From an uncultured virus (IMG/VR IMGVR_UViG_3300030108_002488) (Duplodnaviria; Heunggongvirae; Uroviricota; Caudoviricetes): a stretch of DNA of 20,000 nt. The notes under the pieces are model-generated. The model made no database searches. It was not told the DNA's origin and saw only the letters and a list, made by a program, of their open reading frames with translations. The stretch's first letter is position 1, and each line of letters starts with the position of its first letter. The stretch spans positions 54,772-74,771 of the IMG/VR virus record IMGVR_UViG_3300030108_002488. One strand, 5' to 3'. Shown piece by piece: positions 8,501-17,500 of the stretch. Both the position numbers and the translations under genes were made by a program.

Positions 8501-11500
8501 AAAAATTCTTTTTAATCCGTTAACTTTGACTGTACCACTTGAACCACCTGCTATGGTTAATGTATCTCCGTAAGAATAGTTTTGTCCTGCGTTATTAATC
8601 GCAACAGCGGTAATAACATTAGAACCACTTACTGTCAAATCAAAAGTAGCACTAGAACCTGTGCCACCAGCACCAGCCTGTGTGGTAGCACTATATCCAC
8701 TTCCACCTGCGGTGAGAATTACATTATTTATTGTCCCACTAGTTCCGTAACTTGACAATGTTTCAGAAATGGGCACAGGTGGTTTTGGTGTCTTGATATC
8801 CATGTTGAAAGGACCGTGACTGATAGAAGAATTAACACCGTGATAATGTATTGTTTCAAAATGCTCAGGAATAGAATTGTACGCTGCTTCATCAACCGCT
8901 CTATCTGCATGTAAGTTACTACCGTTGATAGGGAATGTTCTACTTGAGTCTGAATAGAAAGTGTAAGGTCTTCCTAAGTTAGGACTCCAAGCGCAGATAA
9001 AAGCATCAGGTGTATGCAAACTGTTTGTGTCACGAGTACCAGCCAATAATTGAGGTAGATTTCTTGTCAAAACACTTCGCTTAGGTTCTGTAAATAACTC
9101 TGTGGTACTAGCATTACTATACGGTCTAGTTAGTCTAACAACTGTACCAGCCTCAGGTAATGAGCCCGATGCAGCACTAACTATGAATTTATGACTTGTT
9201 GTTGAATTAGCATTAGTAACCGCTCCTCTCGATGAATACGCTAATGTTGCAGTAGTACCATCTGAGTTTACCCAAGTTAATTTTTCTCCAAATAAAGGTA
9301 TGAATGGGAAATAAGAGGCATCGTCAACGGTCAACAAATTAGTAGCCTTAGTTACTACAACTGCTGTCGGACATAAACTACGATTCTCAAGTCTGTAAGA
9401 ATATATATCAGGGTATATACTTGGATATCCAGCCAACGTTAATTGACAACCTATACCACCAGTACTACCTCTACAGAATTCATAATAATTATCTATTCTG
9501 AATAATGCTAGATGTTTGAACCCAGTCATAGATGTGACTCTACTATGGAATATACTCCACCATGGTATGTTTAGTGTATAACCCGGTGTGGCATCATCAA
9601 ACATACCAACATGATAAGAGTGAGTTCTACGTGTAAAAGATGGTGATTCACTACCCTGTACACCCAATGAGTTGTACAATAACAAAGGAGGTATGTTAGT
9701 AAATTGACTTCCTTGGTCAGGGTCATGGTCTAACATTACCTCGTTAATAAATATCTCACAACCTCTCACATCTACTACTGTGGCTTGTGCTAATATCAGT
9801 GTTAAACCGCCCACATAATCCGCTTCTAGTCTTTCATCGTCTTGTTTTACACCAACCACAAGATGCACTTGTTGTGTTGTTAAAGCCTCACCTGAGCCAT
9901 CAGGTAAAGCCGATGAACTGCTATTATTGAAGTGATGACCACCAAGATGTGTGCTACGTAAATTAGGCTGTATGACTATTTGATAAGCACCTACTTCAGC
10001 AGGGTCAGGGAAATGATGTTGTAAAGTGTAATGATTAGCAGCCTCTAACACAATAGAATGACCACCTGCTTTGTTTATATCTCCACCCTCACCACTAGAC
10101 GCTAATACACCGTAACCATCATACTTGATTTTAGACTCAAACATCAAAGTAAAAGCCCCACCGTGTATATCACTTGGTCCCGAAGGTGTAGCGGTTAAAC
10201 TACCTGATTTTAGTGTAGCAGAAAGAGGATGAATGTAATCAGTGATGGATGTACCTACTGTGCTAGTTACGTCTGCTGCCCCCTCAGTGAAACCTTCTTT
10301 AAAAGTTATTATATCCTCATCTTGCCTCATAGTAAGGTTCTCACTTCTATGTTTATTGTATATACCTTGGTAAGCAGGATGCGCCCAATGACCGGGTAAC
10401 ATGGGCATTGTAGCATTAACAAAATGATGACCCATACGAGGCACAGGCATCGGCGTCAATACTTTGTCACTATATCTAGCGTAGGCCAGTGTGTCGTTGG
10501 AAGATGGTTCGAAGTATTCTGTGTGTGCCATGTCGGGACTGTTACCACTCACTTCAGCATGGTCACGAAGTCTTCTTGCTGCGAAGAATCTTGTGCTACC
10601 AGCAGGAACATAATATGACGGGGATATATTCAAAGTCGTTGTAGCAGGAGGATTGTCCGCTATAAATTGTGTAAAGTCTATATCCCCTACTACTCCTGTA
10701 AATGTGGTGCCACTAATTCCTGTGTAGGAGACAACTACACTATCACCTGTTGTGTTAGATATACGTAAAAATCTACGTGAGCCCTTTACTTCTTTAGATG
10801 CAAAACCTGCATCGTATATACTAGATGTAATTGTAGCAGATGCTGTTAATGTACCACTAGCATAAGAAGATACTGTCAACGCCTGATTTACTATCCCACT
10901 AGAATGTGTGTATACAGTTGGGTATCTTTCTGTGTGGCTATGACCCATTTTAGTAATATGGAAGTATAGAGTTTTATCTTGTAATTCATAAGATGAACGC
11001 AAAGGAGCGTTATTAGTACTAGCAACCCATCCATCTCTTGTGGAATCAGGGAAGTTCTCATCTTGACTAATATGTTCCCAACCAAGTTCATCCATTGTTT
11101 TATTACTTCTAGGCCCCTTGATGGAATTATCAAATAAACTACCAAGGTGAGTTTCGCTTAAATCAGGATGTAACATACCACCATCTCCGATTGTTTCTGT
11201 TTGATATGCTTGTAATCTATCAAAACCTGAACGAACTAGTATATTACCGGGTATAGCGTTAGGGTCGGGTAATTGTATTTCGAAGTTAGGAGATAGACCG
11301 CTATTTGCTAAAGATGGTTGTAAACCACTAGCAGACCTTTCTCCTGCTGCTTTATAAGCACGTATTATGACACCTAGAGGAGACCCTCCTTCTAATTCAT
11401 GAGTTTGACCAGTATCATCTATGACAGATATCGCTTGGAATTGTATTTCTTCGTTTGGTATTTCTAAAATATTCCTCATTTCTTTAGGATTTTTAGATGC

Positions 11501-14500
11501 GTATTGAGGGTGAGATAACTCTTGTGCTTGTAAAACTGGCATCATCGCAGAGTTAGTCGTCTCAAAAGAAAATCTAACGTTACCATATAATTTCTCACCC
11601 ATAACGTGTGCTGTGCCAGTTGCCCCGCCTACCGCTGCTCCTGAAACACGGGTAACCCAAGGAATAGCACCTAGACCACGGGCGTTTACAGATGGTAGTG
11701 TTAGGTTACCCCCATCCATTCTTTTCCACACCGCATGTTCCACATTGAAATTTTTAAATGGTGCATTTTTATATAAATCGTAACCATTAACATCCCCTAA
11801 CCAAAATGAGTTTCTTTGTAATTGAGAACTTCCGCCTGAGAATATAGTACTTGGTGAAACATTAGTTTGACTGTAAAAGTAATCAGCAATATTTCTTTGT
11901 GGTGTTAAGCCTGTGACACCTGCTGTGTTTACAGAACCCACGCTTTCATCTAAATCAAAGAATAAATCACCCGTGTAGGCCCTACAAGGTTCTGCGTTTT
12001 CTAAATCTGTGTCGGTAGTAATTGTGTTATGTAAAAAGAAAGTAGATGCGAAACCATTATCTAAAGCATTGGCAGCGGTATAATCTGAAATTGTAGGTAA
12101 AGATGTGGATTTGGCAATTAAAGCCTCTACATTAGGACCAGCATTAGCAGGTGCTGTAAATCTATCTTGACCGTGTATTCTTTCATCCCACTGTGTAGTA
12201 CCAGCATGTGTGTCTGTGCCTGTTTGTCCGACTTTGATATAATCTCCAACACAAGTAATACCGTTTCTATCTTTCTTAGCAACTAATGCTAACTCAGATT
12301 CATATGATATTACTAATAAAGCACGGGCGTAAGTACCCTGTGGGTGAACAAGTTCGGGATGTTGAGCACTTAAATCACGAGCGTTTCCAAATCTATCTTT
12401 GTAACTATAATTAACAGGTTGATTATGAAAACCAGTGTTATCAGAGAAAGTTGGTACATGAGTATCTGTATCGAAATCAGGACTTGCACTCCAACTACTA
12501 TCTCCACCAGTAGGGTCTGTTAAACTCGGTAAACCTGCTAAAGTGCTTGTTCTATCGGGTGCTGAACTTTCAGGACTATTTGGCATAGGAGCAACGTTGG
12601 GTATATGACCAAGAGTGGTAGCACATGTCATACTACCCCCATACGGGCTAAAGCCCAGTAGAGGATGCCATGCTCCTAATCCAGCACCATATCTATTACT
12701 ACCTGTATCTAATGAGTTTAAGTAAGAATAACGTTCACCAGCCCAACCCACTGCTCCTATTGGTTTTGTTCTATCAACAGCATCAACTAATCCACTAAAG
12801 TGTACTTGCGTCATGTGGTTTCTAGCGGTATTGTCATCGTTGTTGAATTGTATAACACCTGCTTTTGTCCAAATATATAGAGCATCACCTTCTTCTATAT
12901 CAGGTATTTGGACATCTGCTGCGTGAGATGCACCCATATTAAGAGGACTTTGGGCTATGTAATCATCCCAAGTCGCTACACTTTCAAACACTTTAGTGCC
13001 TGTTATTTTATTATTTGCTAAATAAAATCTGATTCTATATTTACTAGAGCCGCTGTCATAGTATACTATTCTTGAATGATAACAAGCGAAGGCTGGTGCT
13101 AACTCTCCTGAACCCGTTAGTTGAGGATGTATGTTTGCTGTACGTAACCAACCTGATGCAGGTACTTGTTCCGCTGCCGTTCTACTAGTACCATGTTCTA
13201 TTGTAACATAGGCATTTTCTATTTTACATGCAGTTCCATCAACATCTTCCATATCTGCTCCTGTAAATGTTAATGTTTGACTACTTTTACTCCCACCTGT
13301 AGTAGAGACACTTAATTCGAATTCACTTACATTGGTTAAGGCACTACCTGTAGTGATTGATGCCACTGTAGCGCCCGCTGGAATACCATCTCCTGATACA
13401 TACATACCAACTTGAATAGCATTCGAGGCTGTACAAGTTATAGTGGGGTCATTATTGTAAGCAGCACCAGTAGCAGTGTTATTATTCAGATTATTATATT
13501 CTTTTACAGTATATCCAGTAGTCCAACCATACTTATCTTGTCTCATGGCATTACCCATGGAGGGCATGAAAGTACCACCTATTGCCTTTAAAGCACCTTT
13601 ACCGGGGAACGTATTAATTGCTGCCCCTAACACAGTTGCTAACTCTTCACCGTTTTGACATCTTGTCCCATCCACAACTATGTATTCCATGTCTACATCA
13701 CTGGCTGTTAAAGCAGTTGAGTCAAAAGAACTTCCATCAGCGGCACCGCTGTAAAGTAATTTAGTAGCCAAAGGTGCTGCTACTCTGAATGCACTCGGGT
13801 TTAATTCTATACCAGTAATACCCGCTTTAGCAACACGACTATTATCCGTAGGATGTGGAGGGTTTGCTGTTATCTGATTATCTAACCAAGAACCACCGGG
13901 GTGATATCCACCGTCCATATGGAAACATAAATCTGCATTAGTCCTCATACCACTTGGTCCCATAAATATAGCATGTCTGTTTGGTTGCGCTGTACGAAAA
14001 TCCTCAAAAACATCATCACCTGATATACCACTCTTGGATGCTTTGAACGCTAATGTAAACACATCCCCATACATATTACCCGATTCAGGTCTTTGTAGTA
14101 GAGTCTGAGACAATGGTTTACCAACAGGCGGCTCCCAATTGATAGTTTGTCTATAGTGGAAAGCATGCCTTGTTGTTTGATAATCAGATGTTTTAGGCAT
14201 GAAATGCCCTTTTTCATTGTCAATATGATTAGGGAATATAGGAGTACCACTATTGGCTGGTACACTAGACCAAGTATTACCAGTGGTAATTGCTTTACCG
14301 GGATGAGGCTCTAGTGTGTTATCAGGAGTAGCGTCTTCTTGTGAAAACGGGAACGCTTGCCCCGGTCCGAATATAATGTATGTTGTTTTATTATCAGTTC
14401 CGTCTCTATGGTCTTGATATCTAGCAGTAGGGTGAGCGAATCTCAATAAGAAAGGCATTGGTTTTTGAACATGAACACCACTACTGTATGGTGTTTTATT

Positions 14501-17500
14501 AGGATGGGCGTTGTTAATAGTACCCACTCCTCTATCTAAATCAGACGTTAGTACATTATCACGATTAAAAGTAGGTGACATTAAACTACCACGATGCTGA
14601 TTTAAAAGAGCAGTACCGGGGAAGAAAGCCATAATAGCATTACAATCTACCATACCGAATGCTGTAGAGATTTCATTAGCATGTTGTATACCACTACAAC
14701 CCGTAGGACCAGCGGCATAATGATGAGTATATGTTGATGAATAATCGTTATTAGTTCCGTCATTAATATCTATAGTGACACCACTAAAACCACCACCGAA
14801 GAATAAAGGAACCCAGTGGTCTGTACTATCTCTACCACCATTGAAGTATATTACTGGCTCAGAATGAACACTACCTATAGACCTAAACCCTGCGAACAAT
14901 TTACTTCGTTTTAAATCTCCATATTTTTGTACAACAGCATCTTTGTTACTATCAGCGCTAGGCCAATCATCACTAACAGTGTCTGCTATAGTATCTAATT
15001 CTGTTGTAGAAGATGCACCTTGTGAACTAGTCACTGATTTAGATTCTTCTTGGTAGTACATTGTTTCTATAGTACCAAAAGAAAGCACTCTTGCTTTGTT
15101 ACTCGCTCCGTTAGAATTATGAGCATTAATATCAGCGGGTGAAGATTCTTGACCAGCAGGTTTAGCGAATAGATATATGTTACCAGTTTTTAAATCTATA
15201 TCATTCAGTTCATGTATATCTTCTTTCTCAATTATCATTGTGGGGTTATTGATACAAGGTAAGATATGGTCTCCACTATATGATAAAAATCTTGAACCCA
15301 CCAAGTTACTTCTCCATGTTTCTGTATCTATGGGTATATTTTTTGAGTCTACAATCACAGGAGTGGCCGTATTAGTGTTAGAACCTTTACCCTTGGTTTG
15401 AATTTGCATCATAGTGTATGGTATATACCCACATGCTACGTTAGCACCAGCATCTATGAAACTATCATGTGTTGCTTTGTCCTGACCTAAACCGTTACCA
15501 CCAACTAAAATTTCTCCATTTTGTATTTTTAAAACATCTAATTCACCATATTCAATGTGTGCTGATTGTATAGCCATATCTCTGTGTATACTCGCACTAA
15601 AATATTTAGAAATAGGTTCTATTTTTTTAGTTATATCATAAGCACGTATCCGAATAGAATCGGGCTTAACACCCCATTCTGCAAAAGTTCTTCCATCAGC
15701 AGCGTACATTTGTGTACAATCGAATGGAACACCATCCTCTATGTTCGGGTTGACTAAATTAATAGCAGCGGTGGTCACAGAGGCTATCAACTCATCTGTA
15801 ACTAAAGTTGTCCAGTTAGCGGTTGGTGTAATCAACGCTGTAATTGTAACACTAGCACTACCAAAATCAGTGCTGTTTTGACAGGTATCAAATTCCGCAC
15901 CCTCTACCCCATATAATTCAAAAGCACCATCACTTACGCTTCTTGAAGTATAAGAATACATGTTACCATAATTACCTAACGCACCTGTATCATTGAATGG
16001 GTCACTAATCTGTATAACACCATCTGTTAAAGGAAAACCCATGTAACCAGCGATATCGAAATGACCTAATGCTGAAGTATAAGGAGCAGTGGGTGTGATA
16101 GTTATTTTTTTATTTGTTTTATCGTAAACCGCTGTACAATTATATGCAGCATTCGGAGTAGGCACACCTCTCCATTTATTACCTCTCCATCCCGCTAACG
16201 TAACTCCACTAGTAGGGTCTGCTGGAAAACCTCTACCTGTGGCATCACCCACACCATGCATGTGAGCACCAATTGTAAATCCACCTTCACTTACATCTCT
16301 ATCATCAAAGAATATTGCTATTTCTTGATTTATAGTATCAGGTAATTCAGTATTATCTAAAGCAAAAGAGTCGTTTATCTTTTTGTAAATATATCTAATT
16401 CCATATCCCTCGCCTCTATGATTTGTTAATCTTAAACCATATATCGGAGTGTTACCTACTTCAGCCCTAGCAGTTTGTGTAAAAGGGACATGTTGAGTAT
16501 ATTGAGTTTGTAAAGCACCATTACCAGCCACTATTTGTGCATTAGTCAAGGTTTGAGAGTTGAAAGCCTGTCCATATCTATATTCAAATCTACCATCCCC
16601 GTTTCTACCGAAACCCCATTTACCAGCATCAGGAGCAAAACCGGGTACACCAGCGGCAACTAATCCACCGAAGTTTACTCTACCTAGAGCATTTGTACCT
16701 GTTCTCAATCCTTTAACTAAAGATGTAACAAAACCCTCTGCTTCTAATGATTCTGTGTTCACTGTATTATGTGACATTCCTGAACCACTTGTCATAGAAA
16801 CTGCTCTTAAAACAGGATTAGTAAACGTACCATCTCTAGCACGGGCTGGTGGTGAAAACTCACCAGTGGATTTTATTTCTTGAATTGATTCATCAGGTAA
16901 TGTATACTGTTGTAAAGATGTTATAGGCGCAAAGGGTCTTCCGTGTTTATTAAGCGGCATCGGTGCAGGGTGCATATTCTCACCGCTCATCTCATCAGGT
17001 TGACACCAAAATGTTCTGAATCTACCACCATGTCCTATTAAGAACTCAGGTTCATAGGGGGCTTGTCCTGTGCTGTTATCCAACCAAACACAGAAATTAC
17101 GACCAGTTGCACCGGGCACTGTACTATGTATAATTATAGAGTGCCCTGTATTACCATTAGCGTCTTGTACAACTCTACCTAAATGTGCTCTTAGATACCC
17201 CATATGAGTCCCTTTGTCATGACTATCAAATGCCTTATCTGTATCCCACCATACAGCGGGGTCAAAAGTAGAACCTGTAGCAGCGAAGTCAGCACTAGTA
17301 TGAATATTAGCGGCATCCTCTCGGGTGCTACCGGGATATTGAGTGTTAGGTCTTCTGATATGAGTTCTACCATTGGGTGCGGCTGCTTGGTTAATTAGCC
17401 TAACAGTTTCTCTTGCCGCCGCTTCAACGTCTGTAACACCGTCTCTTAAAGCAACTTCACCAAGGTCTATTGTTAGTCTACGAGTGAAATCCATATCCGT

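Noticed and set aside
2133..13306. Peptide TTGGSKS(S/T)Q found in both the fibre (about 2135-2162) and the giant protein (about 13277-13303)
   Set aside because: Short and low complexity, in different domain contexts, with different Ser codon families; probably coincidental.
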